Shown piece after piece: positions 1-12,600 of a stretch of 64,000 nucleotides of DNA. The notes below the pieces were generated by a model. It made no database searches. It had not been told where the DNA came from and was given only the letters and a program-made list of their open reading frames with translations. Positions within the stretch are counted from its first letter, which is position 1, and each line of letters starts with the position of its first letter. The DNA comes from a virus (Duplodnaviria; Caudoviricetes): IMG/VR virus record IMGVR_UViG_3300023174_000162, positions 2,041-66,040 of that record; one strand, written 5' to 3'. Position numbers and translations under genes: made by a program.

Positions 1-138
1 TAAGTGTGACATCTCTTTTGTCTTTTTCCTCTGCTCTAAAATCTTTTGATATCCTGTGTTATCAATATTTATAACCGCCTTGGTAGACTTATCGACAACA
101 TATCCTGGTGAAGATGTTTCAATATAACGATTTTTCAT
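1..138 (-). CDS. Small conserved T4-like protein downstream of VrlC module (partial, runs off window)
   Basis: ATG at 138 overlaps stop of upstream gene; reads MKNRYIETSSPGYVVDKSTKAVINIDNTGYQK... Confidence 0.6.
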   Translation of the reverse strand, partial: MKNRYIETSSPGYVVDKSTKAVINIDNTGYQKILEQRKKTKEMSHL

Positions 139-2474
139 TATGCAGATACCGCGATAACTCTAATATCATCTACTTCAGGAACTACTACTTTGCTGTCAGC
201 TAGGAATACAATCTTGATCGACATTGAATCATATCCATCAACTGGAGCCATTGAAGATGTAAAATATCTAACCACATTATCATTTAAGATGTTATTATAC
301 GCTACATTTTTAAACTTCAACTTATCAATCTTTAATGACGATCCAACTAATCCATTATTTGCAATAGTGTCTTGAATTACAACTGCAGTAGAATTTACTG
401 ATGCAACAGGAGATACAATATAGTTAGTCGTACTAAACAATGGATTATATACCTTAATCAGATCATTTGCAGCAAGATTTGCTGATAGATCATTATTAGT
501 TAATATTACGTTATTTGATATAGCTGTAGTAGCAGTTGCATTGCATGTAAATCTAGTAGCTGGGTAACTAGGGAAGCCATATTCAAATTCCTTAATATCA
601 TCCTTGTTTCCAGTAGCACTTACTTGATTTTGTCCAGAAACTAACTCAAGAGGAGACCAACTCTTAGTACTAAATGGTTCGCCATCCTTTGAGTTACCAA
701 TCTTAGCATAAACTAAAACATTTGTATTTGCTGGCTTATAAGCATTAATATAAACACGAATATCTTCAGCAAACAAATTATTTGCTAGATTAATTTTCTT
801 AGTAATATGCTTTGACTGTAAAGAACCTCGGCCAGTTTCACTTTCGGTATTTGCAGAGGTTGCATCAATTTTTTGTGTAAACGTAAACACATTTATTTTA
901 TTATCATATAGATATGGTGCAAAAAATGTAGGATTATTGCCAATATCTGCAATGTTAATACCTAAAGTTAATTTTATCATAGATGACTTATCAGCATTAT
1001 AAAAATTAGTTGAAGAAGCCACTTCATTTGATCTTGAATATATTTGTGCTACATAAGGAACGTTGATTGTATCAACATTGTCAGCATTATTAAATGTTTG
1101 AATATACCCAGAGGAATTAGATATAGCATATGACAGACTTGAATATCCTAATGATACAGACGATACATTAATATCAGGATCCATTATCTCAACGCTTAAA
1201 TTATCGATTGTCACGATATCTGCATTAGCGCCACTAATCTCTCCTTTCAAAGGAGTATTAATTACTGGAGTTAAACTAGCACTTGAACCAGTGCTTGTTG
1301 TGATAGTAACTACCGAATGTGTTGAATTTGGGAATTCACCGCCTGCTGAAGTCAATCTAATAGAAACAACATTTCCTGTAGCATTAGTTACTAATACTCC
1401 TGTAGCATTTACCGAACCGTTTGAAACTCTTACTGTGTCAGTATTTGAATAGCTAGCACCAGGATTAGATATTGTAAAATACTGTACCGAATTTTTAAAG
1501 AATCTAAGTGTGCTATTTGCTGCAGTAGAGCCTCTTAAATATAAAGTTTTTGCAATATAGTCCCGTTGGTATACCTCTCCAACAACAGTTGTGTTATGCC
1601 AGCAAGTATTTCCAAATGGGACTTCTGATGCAAGTCGTATACGTGTGTCACTAATAACAGTATCTACTGTAGCTATTGTTTGTTGATTATTATTAGAAGT
1701 ATTTGTTAAAATAATATTGTCACCTTCACCATATTGAGTTGTAAATGTAGTGTTAGTTCCAACTATAATATTATTTGATGTTTGAGTTTTAACTGTTCCA
1801 GCTTGACTAAAGAATGTATTAACAGTAGAGTTTGCTACTCTACCAAAATTTGGAAATACTAGTTCTCCACCTTTAAATTTAGCATCAGATGACATATTGG
1901 TGCATGTAAAGAACTCGTAGTCATCATTACATATATCAACCGTTACAGTATTTGCTGTAAATTTGGCAATTCTTAAATTAAATTTAATGTCACGATCAGA
2001 TAATGGTTTTAATGTATCATCAGCGCCATTCCTATAAAGTTTTCCATCGCCTTCACCAGAAGTTCCAGAATATTTACTAGTAGTATTTAAAACGATTTCA
2101 TTTTGTACTGCAGTAAATAATTCAAATGCGTTATCATCAAATACAACAACTATTCCATAGTATGTTCCAGTTTTAAGAATAATTGGTGACTCAAATGTAA
2201 ACTTTGTTGGGACTGTTGCATCTGCAACCAATGAAATAGCTCTCCATTCCGCACGTGCTGTAATATTTTGTAATTGGACATCTGGATTTGGGTTTTCACC
2301 AACAAACGGACAAATATGAACTGTTACACCAGGATTATTAATACCAGACGAATTATTTGTAGCACTAGGTTTATTTTTAAAATAAAGATCTACACTAGTA
2401 ACAAATATATTTGGGGCATTGTTAACCCTTGATGGTGTTATAATAAATGATTGAATATAGTTAAATGGTTTCAT
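138..2474 (-). CDS. Virion structural protein, similar to the C-terminal part of VrlC-like proteins
   Basis: Long T/N/S-rich ORF; motifs FVTSVDLYF, KHITKKINL, EFEYG, VPEVDDIRVIA; likely start MKPFNY at 2474. Confidence 0.7.
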   Translation of the reverse strand: MKPFNYIQSFIITPSRVNNAPNIFVTSVDLYFKNKPSATNNSSGINNPGVTVHICPFVGENPNPDVQLQNITARAEWRAISLVADATVPTKFTFESPIILKTGTYYGIVVVFDDNAFELFTAVQNEIVLNTTSKYSGTSGEGDGKLYRNGADDTLKPLSDRDIKFNLRIAKFTANTVTVDICNDDYEFFTCTNMSSDAKFKGGELVFPNFGRVANSTVNTFFSQAGTVKTQTSNNIIVGTNTTFTTQYGEGDNIILTNTSNNNQQTIATVDTVISDTRIRLASEVPFGNTCWHNTTVVGEVYQRDYIAKTLYLRGSTAANSTLRFFKNSVQYFTISNPGASYSNTDTVRVSNGSVNATGVLVTNATGNVVSIRLTSAGGEFPNSTHSVVTITTSTGSSASLTPVINTPLKGEISGANADIVTIDNLSVEIMDPDINVSSVSLGYSSLSYAISNSSGYIQTFNNADNVDTINVPYVAQIYSRSNEVASSTNFYNADKSSMIKLTLGINIADIGNNPTFFAPYLYDNKINVFTFTQKIDATSANTESETGRGSLQSKHITKKINLANNLFAEDIRVYINAYKPANTNVLVYAKIGNSKDGEPFSTKSWSPLELVSGQNQVSATGNKDDIKEFEYGFPSYPATRFTCNATATTAISNNVILTNNDLSANLAANDLIKVYNPLFSTTNYIVSPVASVNSTAVVIQDTIANNGLVGSSLKIDKLKFKNVAYNNILNDNVVRYFTSSMAPVDGYDSMSIKIVFLADSKVVVPEVDDIRVIAVSA

Positions 2475-2484
2475 TATTTTTCTC

Positions 2485-5400
2485 TTAAATCGTAAATTTT
2501 GTCGTTGTTGTGATAGTATATTCAGCTGTTGATAAACCATCAGACGATTTAAATGCAAAAGTCTTATTCGCGTTTACCCCTTTAATTAAAGCTTGAAGCT
2601 GCGAATATGTAGTATCTTGTATACTATCAGGGAAACCATTATCATAGTAAATATCTACATTTAATATACCAGTAATATCAGATACTAATGACGATGTAGA
2701 TTCTGTGTCTGTTCCAATAGTACCAGATTCAGGACCACTTTTTGCCAATGCCTTAGAATTTGACAGTACTTTATTAATATAGAAGTTATGTCTAGTTAAA
2801 GGACGAAGACCCGTAATTGATATTGATATTTTTGTCGGGCCTGCAGTAGAGTCTGAAACTTTAAGACCAGTATTATTTGATAAATTACTAAATTTAACGT
2901 TACCAACATTATCTGTAGTTATTCTACCTTTTGCATCTGTACCCGCTTTAATATATGCATTTATACCCAGATCCGCATGAACTTTAGCTACAACTTCAAA
3001 AACTTTAGGCGTAATAGCTATGATTTTTCCATTATATTCTTTTTTAGCTAATACACCAGCTAATACTAAAGGAGTAGTAGATGCATCTACTGGATATTCA
3101 AGTCTCCAATTATAATTTGGTGATCCTCTAATTTCTCTAACAGAATAATATCTACCTTTTGCTGGATCATGCGTCCAAGATATTTTTCCCCAACCCGTTA
3201 TCCAATATTTAGTATTTCCAGCTTTAGTTTCAAACCCAATAGTCTTTTTCCATGTGCGCAAATAATTATTATTTGCTTGAATTGAATCAGAATTTAATCT
3301 ATTAACTTCTTCATCTGTTAAAGCTATAGAAGACTCTGATGTTATTAAAAGATTTGATGGACTTGGTGTAAAATCAGCAGTAGTTGATTGATAAATTTCC
3401 CATCTATCTGCTCCACCTGCACCCATGTATAGCACTACTGGACCGCGGACTTCACTAAATGTAAAATTGACGTCTGGTGGTTGGCCACCTTGTGGATAAT
3501 CTGCGTAGTTACTTTCAGTTTCATATACTGCAGTTTGTTGTGCAATTTTAGTATTAGCTGCTGCTACATCTGGAGTTGTTCCAGTAGTTGTTGTTCCAGT
3601 AACTGTATTTGAAATAGTTGTTGTAGGTAATGTGCTTATTGCAGTAACAACTGTTGGTCCAGTGCCTGTATCAACCACTGGAGTTGAAATTGTAGTTATC
3701 GTTCCAGTAGCAGTATTTGTAATAGTTGTAGTTGTAGTTATTACTCCAGTAACTGTATTTGCAACAGATGTAATAACTGGAGCTACTGGAATTAATTTTG
3801 CAGTAGCGCTTAATTGTTTAACAATGCTGAACTCCTGATATGGAAGAGTTACCATATCACCTGTAACAACAGCTGCAGTAGTGCTATTTGCAGTATAGAA
3901 TCTATGCTTAATATTTCTTTGATTCTTTGCTGGTGTCATTCTATAGTTGAAATTCATTGCAGAATATTCAGGATCATCAATCTCACTATAATCCATAGAT
4001 GTAAAACTATCTACAAAGAACCCAAATTTAAAACGTTGCACCGCAGCATCAACTGAAGAGCCAATATTTTTATTCTTTATATTATCTTCAGTATCTTTAA
4101 GATCAATACGATATTCAATGTTCTTTAAACGGCGATCAAGCGATGCAATGTCAGTCATTTTATATGCAACCGGTTGTTCAAAAACAATATTGCCATTTGT
4201 TATGTTTTCAACTATAGAATAGTCTTTTTCACGTCTATTTGTATATTGAATATTCCCAACATTTGTATCTAGTAATTCAATCATATTGCCTGACTTGTTT
4301 TTAGGAAGAGACGGATATGGCGGAATATTTAAAATATTGATTGTTAGTGCGTCATTTGGTTGTTTTGGCGCAGTCGATTTACCTATTTCACCTGAAAGAG
4401 TTATAAAGTCACCGTTTGCATTAACAATAATTCTATCTGTTCGACCTTGATATGATTCAACATCATACGTTAAGTCACCTTGTGGTATTGGAAAATACTT
4501 CTCATCTGCACTATTATATCGTGTTGCGTATGCTGTTACAACAGGGTTTGTTGTGATGTTTACGCTTGTTGCAGTTGAAACAATATTTGCTTCTGTATTT
4601 GCTGTAATGCGGAAGTCAAGAGATTCAATTAGATCATAATACTTGCCAGAAGATGTATATGTCTCAGGAATCTCTAATGTGTGAACAGATGTAGATGTAG
4701 CAGTTAAAGTTGCAAGATTTGCTGTGTCATTTACATTATAACTAGATCTAGTATAAAGGCCACCAGTTTTATCATAAGCATCAAATCGAACTAATAGATA
4801 GTCACTAGAAGTTAGAGTGTATGTTGATGCTGGCTTCTTAATTAACTGACCACCTTCATATGAATTTTCTGCTTGACCATGGTCGATGAAGAATTCATTT
4901 GTAATATTTGTAGAATTTGTATTTACAGTAGAAGAATTTGAAGTATAAACAGCTCTTAATCTAAAGATGTCAGGAACACCTAGATACCATGGACCAACAG
5001 TGTTAGCTGCATTTGTTCCCAGATTTAACTTAACAAAGCAATTACGGAAAGTATTCTTTGTTGTTGGTGCAATAGCAGTTCTCTTAGCATTATATGATAC
5101 AGCAGCATCTGCACCTGAAGTGAAAGCAGCTGGTGGATTTACATATATGCGTAGGTATGATCCATTTATATTAGCTGATCTATCAGGACGGGTGCTTAAT
5201 TGAATAGGTGTGTATTTTGGAAGAATAAATGACACGTTTGAAGTAGCATTTGATAGCCCAACACCAGAGTCAATAGTAATATATGTGGAATTAGTTACGC
5301 CTGCAACTTTTCTAATCTTAGTAGACGTTCCGTAGATCTTAATATAATCACCTACAGACAATTTTGCACCAAACGCGGAGTTAGCTAACACGACTGTGAC

Positions 5401-7638
5401 ATTAGCAGTATTTCCTCCTGCTCCAACACTTGCAGTTCCTAAGTTTGCTGTTTCCATTGAAGCCAATGGCACAATAACTAATTCTGATTCTTGTGCAGTT
5501 GTAAGTTCTCCAGTATATGTCCAAGTTCCAGCTACTGGAGTAACATTTACAACACCAGAAGTGTTTGCTACAGCGACAGCATTTACTGAACGATATGTGT
5601 AGCTGACGTTTGCAGCAGATTTAACAGCGTTATACCCCGTGTCAAATATTAATTGACCTTTTGTATTATCATAAACCTGCGCGTTTCCAGCGTCAAGAAC
5701 AATATCAGCATAACCTTTATATGTTGTTCCATTATAGTAGATACTTCTTACATCAGCAAAATTTTTGCCAGCATTCATCTGAACTGCCCAGATATAAAGT
5801 CTGTATTTAGCACTTGAACCTGGTTCACCACTTTCATAAGCTAGAACTTTCATTCTTGCCTGGCCTATCTCAACACCAGGAGCAGCAGGTTCAGTTCCTG
5901 CTAAAGATGTGTTTGATGCATACTGCAATGCTACACTTCTTAATGAGATTACATCACCAGTATTGAACTTAAAATAACCACCTAATTCATTTAAACGAAT
6001 ATAATAGCCATAGTTAATATCAACAGTTGCCCCTGGTACAGATTTTACATCAATACCTTTATTTAAAGTTTGTTTATAGTCCGTTACACTTTCTACACGA
6101 TTTCCTAAAATATAAGCTATACCTGGATCCATAACAACATCAAATGAAGTATTTTCATTTGCATTAGAGGAAACAGTAGTAGATCTAAATGTGTCAACTA
6201 CATAATTTCCTGACTCTTCATATGTTCTTTGTGCAAGTTCTACTCCAAGTTTACTATATTGTGTGCCACGCAGTTGCTTAAATGGATTGCCTCTGTTAAA
6301 TTCAACAAGTGCTAAGAAGTCTGAGTTTGCATCTGCTACTACTTTGTCTAGAACGATAAGTGTTGGAGTTAATTTAACACGATCAGCACCTGGAGCAGTT
6401 TGATTATATGCACCAATAGCATTATCGAGCAGACTTTGATCATCATCAGAATTAATAAGTGATTCAATTGTATCAAAACCAACGACTTTATCATGAGGTG
6501 TTACATCTGTAGCATATTTTTCAACTACTATTAATTGTTCTTCAACTCTTGAGAAATAACCTTTTTGGTAGATAACACCTTGGCTAACAGACATACCATA
6601 TGAGTTACCTGTTGCAGCATCATCATTTTGAGTAGTAATTTTTGCTTGATAATTATATGCTTCAATATTAGCAGATTCAATTGCACCTGTAGTCGATGCA
6701 ACTGTTACGTGTGGAGGAACGTAATATCCTTCACCTGGTACAGACACTGCAACTTGAATTATCTTACCAGTTCCATCTGTTAATAGCGTTCCCTGAGCAC
6801 CATTTCCAACTACAGAAACAACTAAACCGTTTGCGCTAGAATTTGCTGTAGTTGCACCAAGTGTTGCTCCCGTGATTGTATATCCACTACTAATTGTCCA
6901 ATTGTTTGCATCAAACACGGTATCATCTAGATCTGTTTCTAATGGCCTAATATTAAGAATAAGAACTGAACTATTTGCTGTAGTATTTACTGCAAGAATC
7001 TCAGCTTCAGCACCTGTAGTGTCTTGTATAATCTTTGAATTAATTACCCAAGTATTAGCAGCAAAAAATGCACCGCCTGTAGTATTTTGCACCGCAATAG
7101 TTGGGTAGATAACTAATGTATCATTATTTGAGAATCCAGTCGATCCTTCATTGACAAGAGCTTTAGTAATTGTAAATTTGCCATCATATACTGTAAGTAT
7201 ATTATTTTTATCAAATTTATTTTTAGAATAATTTGATCCACTATTAGTATAACGAAGGTACAGAGTATTTAAGTCTGGACTTCTTGATTCAAAACCAGAA
7301 TCAACATCAATAACATATGCAGTCAAATTATCAGAATCTTTTACGTAAAGATTTTTATATACTTCTACATTAACAGGAGTTCCATCTACTTCGTTGTCTC
7401 TAATTCGCACATATTTTAGTGTATCAAAGAATGTAAAGTTGCATCCATCAATTACAGATCCACGTTTAAATATGGCGTCACCAAATTTTTCAACTTGAGC
7501 TTGTAGTATAGTTTGAAGTTGATTGAGTTCACGCACTTGAACTGCAACACTAGGTTTAAACAGAACTTTATAATAATTATTATTCTCTGAATAATCATCA
7601 AAGTATGGTGAAACTGATAGGTCAGTTTGAATAGGCAT
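2485..7638 (-). CDS. VrlC-like (DUF4815-type) large virion structural protein
   Basis: N-terminus DLSVSPYFDDY...YYKVLFKP..VQVRELNQLQTILQ, APGADR, RTYEESGNY, RFKFGFFVDSF. Confidence 0.8.
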   Translation of the reverse strand: MPIQTDLSVSPYFDDYSENNNYYKVLFKPSVAVQVRELNQLQTILQAQVEKFGDAIFKRGSVIDGCNFTFFDTLKYVRIRDNEVDGTPVNVEVYKNLYVKDSDNLTAYVIDVDSGFESRSPDLNTLYLRYTNSGSNYSKNKFDKNNILTVYDGKFTITKALVNEGSTGFSNNDTLVIYPTIAVQNTTGGAFFAANTWVINSKIIQDTTGAEAEILAVNTTANSSVLILNIRPLETDLDDTVFDANNWTISSGYTITGATLGATTANSSANGLVVSVVGNGAQGTLLTDGTGKIIQVAVSVPGEGYYVPPHVTVASTTGAIESANIEAYNYQAKITTQNDDAATGNSYGMSVSQGVIYQKGYFSRVEEQLIVVEKYATDVTPHDKVVGFDTIESLINSDDDQSLLDNAIGAYNQTAPGADRVKLTPTLIVLDKVVADANSDFLALVEFNRGNPFKQLRGTQYSKLGVELAQRTYEESGNYVVDTFRSTTVSSNANENTSFDVVMDPGIAYILGNRVESVTDYKQTLNKGIDVKSVPGATVDINYGYYIRLNELGGYFKFNTGDVISLRSVALQYASNTSLAGTEPAAPGVEIGQARMKVLAYESGEPGSSAKYRLYIWAVQMNAGKNFADVRSIYYNGTTYKGYADIVLDAGNAQVYDNTKGQLIFDTGYNAVKSAANVSYTYRSVNAVAVANTSGVVNVTPVAGTWTYTGELTTAQESELVIVPLASMETANLGTASVGAGGNTANVTVVLANSAFGAKLSVGDYIKIYGTSTKIRKVAGVTNSTYITIDSGVGLSNATSNVSFILPKYTPIQLSTRPDRSANINGSYLRIYVNPPAAFTSGADAAVSYNAKRTAIAPTTKNTFRNCFVKLNLGTNAANTVGPWYLGVPDIFRLRAVYTSNSSTVNTNSTNITNEFFIDHGQAENSYEGGQLIKKPASTYTLTSSDYLLVRFDAYDKTGGLYTRSSYNVNDTANLATLTATSTSVHTLEIPETYTSSGKYYDLIESLDFRITANTEANIVSTATSVNITTNPVVTAYATRYNSADEKYFPIPQGDLTYDVESYQGRTDRIIVNANGDFITLSGEIGKSTAPKQPNDALTINILNIPPYPSLPKNKSGNMIELLDTNVGNIQYTNRREKDYSIVENITNGNIVFEQPVAYKMTDIASLDRRLKNIEYRIDLKDTEDNIKNKNIGSSVDAAVQRFKFGFFVDSFTSMDYSEIDDPEYSAMNFNYRMTPAKNQRNIKHRFYTANSTTAAVVTGDMVTLPYQEFSIVKQLSATAKLIPVAPVITSVANTVTGVITTTTTITNTATGTITTISTPVVDTGTGPTVVTAISTLPTTTISNTVTGTTTTGTTPDVAAANTKIAQQTAVYETESNYADYPQGGQPPDVNFTFSEVRGPVVLYMGAGGADRWEIYQSTTADFTPSPSNLLITSESSIALTDEEVNRLNSDSIQANNNYLRTWKKTIGFETKAGNTKYWITGWGKISWTHDPAKGRYYSVREIRGSPNYNWRLEYPVDASTTPLVLAGVLAKKEYNGKIIAITPKVFEVVAKVHADLGINAYIKAGTDAKGRITTDNVGNVKFSNLSNNTGLKVSDSTAGPTKISISITGLRPLTRHNFYINKVLSNSKALAKSGPESGTIGTDTESTSSLVSDITGILNVDIYYDNGFPDSIQDTTYSQLQALIKGVNANKTFAFKSSDGLSTAEYTITTTTKFTI

Positions 7639-7641
7639 TAC

Positions 7642-9675
7642 TTAGTACTCCACTATTATCTTAAATGTTTCTGATTGAGCCGGTGATCTTGTAATTGGAT
7701 TGCCATTTTCTACATACAGCACTTTACCAGAACCTGGAACCAGATCTCCTGGCCATTGAGCATTAATTTCAGCTTCAGCCCCAGAAACAGTGCCAACAAC
7801 AGTGTTTCCGTTATTAAAGATGCCAAATTTATCTGTTACAAAAATAAATGTATTATTTGCAGAATGGTAGTATGACGTAGGATAAATGTTTGCGTTTTGA
7901 ACTTGATAAATTACTTCATCTTCATCAAACATATCAGTAATACTGGTATATTCCATTCTATGAAGTTGAGTAAAGGTATCAAATCCTTTCTGAATATTAT
8001 TTATTTTAATCCCATCAGAGTTAGTATTAACATAAGCGGTAGCTTTAGTCGTTAATCCAATAATCTTTTCACCCTTTTGAATAACACCATCTACGTTTGT
8101 TAGATCTAATACACCAACTGATATATTGCTAATATTTCCAGTGGCTATGGATTTTATTTTTGCTATAGTTGCAGCTGTATTAGAGAATCCACCATTAGTT
8201 ATAATAGACATCTGTGTAGCATTTGAAATAGATGCTACACTTGTAATGAAGTGTGTTGTTCCAGTTTTTATTACAACTTGTTCTCCAACATCTAATGCTG
8301 TATTAAATTCTGTACCAGATCCAACTATCGTAGAAGATGTTGTATTAATACTTACTGTGCCAGATAATGTGATTGGTTTATATTGGATAAATCCTTCATT
8401 ATCAATGAATGTCCCATCTGTACCAATACCACCATCATCTTTATACACTTTCACATTAACATTAGCAAATAATGGATTTTCAATTAAGCCAAATGTTCTA
8501 AAGTCATTATTTACTGAAATGGTAGAATTTTCAGTGTTTGATATTTTTAAAGATATACCAAGTGCTGATGCACCAAGTTCTCTGCTAACATCTGATCCAT
8601 GTCCACCATACGGAGAAAGTTCAACAGAAAGCGTAGCAGTATTTGTTACACCAACATTTGCGGCTGCAATTGCCGTAGCTATAGCTTTAAAATATCCTGC
8701 TCCACGATTTAAAATCTCAACACTCCATAGACTATTTGCAGCTGCAGAATTTACAAGCGCTCGAGCTACACAGTTAATATATTGTGTGCCATTGCCATCA
8801 ACTCTAACGGCTGGTGTTACTTCATATCTAGATGTAACATCTGGTGGAATAGTAAATTGTGTATTAACTGTAATTTTTTTAGAGGTACTTACTGCAGTAT
8901 AATCTGTGACTGTTCTATATTGACCTTTACCAGTGCCTTCAACGATGTTAACAATACAGCCTGTATAAAAACCATTTGTTGCAGTTGCATCTTTACCAAT
9001 ATTAAATGCTGTAGGATCTCCACCAATGTTTAAATCATCTGCATTAAATCTTCCATAATAGAAGTTATCATAACGAGCTCCACCAGAATCAACGTGAATA
9101 ACATCAATTGCTCCTGGTATCGCATTTGCTGCAACATACGAATTTGGAATTATTGGGATATAGTCATTTGTCGCAAATTTATCAAACGTTGAGCGATCAA
9201 TAGAATACATGTATTTCCATACGTATCCATCACTAGTTGAATAATAAACGTCATCTGCTGCTGTATCATTAAACCTTGGTTTATCAATTGATGGAGCATT
9301 ATTGTTATTGAATAAACATTTATATACATGCTGATACGTTGTTTCATCTACATTAACGTAAAAGTTAGCATTTTTAAAGATATCAGAATTTGCGTCATAT
9401 TCATCATATACTGATCCTGTTACCCAATCATTACGGCGTACCATTAATTTAATATCTAATGCACTTAATCTCTTTCCTGCCACCATCGATGAGTATGCAC
9501 GAGTAAATAATTCCTCATCAGCATTTGTTGGTGTAGGAACAATTGCGTCTTGACCCGGATACGGCGCATGTCTACCGAAGAATACGTAATAAGCAGTATT
9601 TGCTGGCTCACTAACAGCCTCTATTAGCTGTTGAGCGTTGTAGGTTTTAAAATTTTTGGTGATTAACTTAGTCAT
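7642..9675 (-). CDS. gp8: Baseplate wedge subunit gp8-like
   Basis: VYKCLFN, DGYVWKYMYSI, SPYGGHG, C-terminal SGKVLYVEN..PITRS..QSETFKIIVEY. Confidence 0.85.
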   Translation of the reverse strand: MTKLITKNFKTYNAQQLIEAVSEPANTAYYVFFGRHAPYPGQDAIVPTPTNADEELFTRAYSSMVAGKRLSALDIKLMVRRNDWVTGSVYDEYDANSDIFKNANFYVNVDETTYQHVYKCLFNNNNAPSIDKPRFNDTAADDVYYSTSDGYVWKYMYSIDRSTFDKFATNDYIPIIPNSYVAANAIPGAIDVIHVDSGGARYDNFYYGRFNADDLNIGGDPTAFNIGKDATATNGFYTGCIVNIVEGTGKGQYRTVTDYTAVSTSKKITVNTQFTIPPDVTSRYEVTPAVRVDGNGTQYINCVARALVNSAAANSLWSVEILNRGAGYFKAIATAIAAANVGVTNTATLSVELSPYGGHGSDVSRELGASALGISLKISNTENSTISVNNDFRTFGLIENPLFANVNVKVYKDDGGIGTDGTFIDNEGFIQYKPITLSGTVSINTTSSTIVGSGTEFNTALDVGEQVVIKTGTTHFITSVASISNATQMSIITNGGFSNTAATIAKIKSIATGNISNISVGVLDLTNVDGVIQKGEKIIGLTTKATAYVNTNSDGIKINNIQKGFDTFTQLHRMEYTSITDMFDEDEVIYQVQNANIYPTSYYHSANNTFIFVTDKFGIFNNGNTVVGTVSGAEAEINAQWPGDLVPGSGKVLYVENGNPITRSPAQSETFKIIVEY

Positions 9676-12600
9676 TATAGATATCTACATATAGTACGTT
9701 TGCAGTAGCGCCGTTATTGGCTCCAACGATTTGATAATTTGTCACAAACTGGCCAGACACATTTGCCACCAATAATGTATTTATTACACTAGAAACATTC
9801 GATGCCTGAGTAACATACAATGATTTTGAAATTGATGTAATGTTAGCAGCAACATTTGCACCATAAACATGTGTATTTGACTCAAAAACACCTACCATAT
9901 CTACTATTGTGATAGATGAAGTATTTGATGAAATTACATATCCAACAGCCGAATTTGACTTATCAATTCTAGAAATTCTAGCAGTTGCACCTGAAGTATT
10001 TCCAAATAATGTCATACCTCTATTGTATCCTGCAAATAGATCTTTTAATATTACTACAGTAGAATTTGCTGTGTAAACGGTGCCAATTCCACGCTTTTGA
10101 AATACTTGTCCTGCTGCAACAGCTTGTTCTTGTGTATATACCTGTTCATTTGCAAGGAATGGTCCATCTTCAACATTTTCAATAAACAAAGTTGTTATTG
10201 GATGATACACATAATTGCCAGTAGTCGCGGTTGTTCCCGATGTTGCATAGACGACTGCAGTGCAAAGACTTGTTGATCCAATTAAAATAGAGCCATTTGT
10301 CAATGTACCAGATACTGGAACAATCTCTACTTCAAAAACATTAGCATATCGAATTGTTCCAGTAAATCCACCTGCAGTTGTTACTGTTTCTCCAAAGATG
10401 AATGATCCGGTTGAAGGTTCTGGAGTAGTTACGTTAATAATATCAACTTCAAGATAATATGAAACACTCAGAACAGTATTTGTTGTGCCTTGAACATTTG
10501 CGGTATTAACAAACGCTCCTTTAACATCAGTCAAATACAACGTTAATGTATTTGCTGTTGTATTTGAAACTTTTCCTTTGATAGTACCTGATGCCGCATT
10601 TGTTGTAGCATCTGGTTGGTATAATATTGTATCTAGTTGGTATCTTGTATTTGCAGATGTTGTGAGAACAATTTCTGTTTCTCTTCCACCATAGTATTTT
10701 CCTGTTGCAACATTTGCTGAGCCATTGCTTTGATAGATAACTTCACCAATAGTAAGGTTTTCTGTGTTAGATAGGCTCGATGTACGCATTTTTGCAATCT
10801 TATTTCCAGTATGTCCTGGTGTTGCATTTACGGTGTCTAGGCTATACAGTGCAACTGCTCCAAATACTCGTGTTCCAGCAACATGAAGAACTTGTTTAAA
10901 GATGTCAGCATACTTCTCAAATGGAAGTTTTGAAATGATCTCATATGAATACTCTTGATAGTACTCACCATCAAATAACTTTTTATCAAAACTTAAGAAT
11001 CCATCTGTTGATGCATAATATCCTTCACCAATACCTTGCTGACCAAGCGATATCCTAGCAGTACCTACAGTTTTACCAGTCTTTTGATAACTAACAATTT
11101 GATTAGCCGTATATCCAAATCCAGAATCAAGTCGCTGTAAAGATGTTACTACACCATTTGCCGTTATAACGTTTGCTGAAACATCAGCATTAATTCCAGC
11201 CCACTTAGAATTTACAATCTCAGAAACATTTTGAACAGTACCATTGGCCCCTGAACTTGTACCAACAATACGCGATGCAGTAGATAAAAATTCAGTATTA
11301 AATGTAATTGGTTTTACAGTTAACTCAGTTGATGTTACAGTCTTAACAACACCTTTTGCTACAGTTGATATCGATATGCTAGAAGTATTAGATATAGTTC
11401 CATTAGCAGTAGAACTATATCCATATAATTTGCCAGCCGTATTAATGCCAGTATTAACAAAAGTTCCTTGAATATTTCTTAAAGTAAGAGTGCCAACGCC
11501 TCCAGAAATATCAATAGAGCGAACATATCCATTAGCAACTGCGCCTGATGAATTAGCAAGAGTAACTAACTCATTTACTATAAATGTATTAACTACTCCA
11601 GTTAAACTAATAACTGCAGTATTAGGAATAGTTACTGATTGAGTTATAATCTCATCTATAATAAAATTAGCAAGTGTTTCTTTACTATAGACAATTGATA
11701 AATCTTTTCTTCTAAATGGAGCAATATATGGGTCATAGATTACAACGTATGGATCAATGTTATAATCAGTTCCAGGATTAATATTACCAATTGAAGAAAC
11801 TGTTCCGATATTGCCAGAGAAGTATGTTAGCTGTTGCAGCAAAGTTGCATTTGTAAGATTTCCAGATGGCAATTTTGGAAGACCATAATATAACGAATTA
11901 ATATTCAACGTGTTATATGCAATACCTGAATTATTAAGGCCGGAAATAAGATCTGTTCCAATGACAATTTGTTCTTCATTATCAAAACTAGTGATACTAA
12001 ATGTTGCACCAGTTCCTGTACTTACTGATATTATATTTGCATATGTGTTAGATGATTTACCTGTTATATAATGTAAAGCAGTGTTAGTAAACGTATTATT
12101 AATATTATATACGCCTAGAGTCATTCCAAAGTGTTTAACATTACCAGATCCATTTACTGTGCTAGCAGTAGTCCCAACCTGAAATACACCTTTTACATCA
12201 GACACCGTGACATATACATTTGAACCATCTGCTGTGATGCTTGAAACAATTCCATTCGCTATACCAGTTTGACTTAATACTTCGTTTTGAGAAATTGCTG
12301 GAATATAATCAGAAAGATACAAAGTTACGGTATTTGAAATTCCCATAACATTTGCTGTAGCAGATACATTAGCATATGCATTTACAGTAAAGCGATATGT
12401 ATTTAATGATGCGGCTGTACCAACAAAAACGTTAGCCGTATAATTTGTATTACTAGAATTATTAAGGTTACCATTTGATAGTGCAACCTTCATAACTCCA
12501 ATGTATGGAGTTGAGTTAGTAAAGCTTTGAACAACAACACCTTGACCAGCTATTACATTATTTGTATAATAGTTTGTAAAGATACTTCCAACAGTTATAG

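Noticed and set aside
8126-8902. Long antisense ORFs (also 23173-23970 and others)
   Set aside because: They are shadows of real opposite-strand genes caused by codon bias, with no RBS or recognisable motifs.
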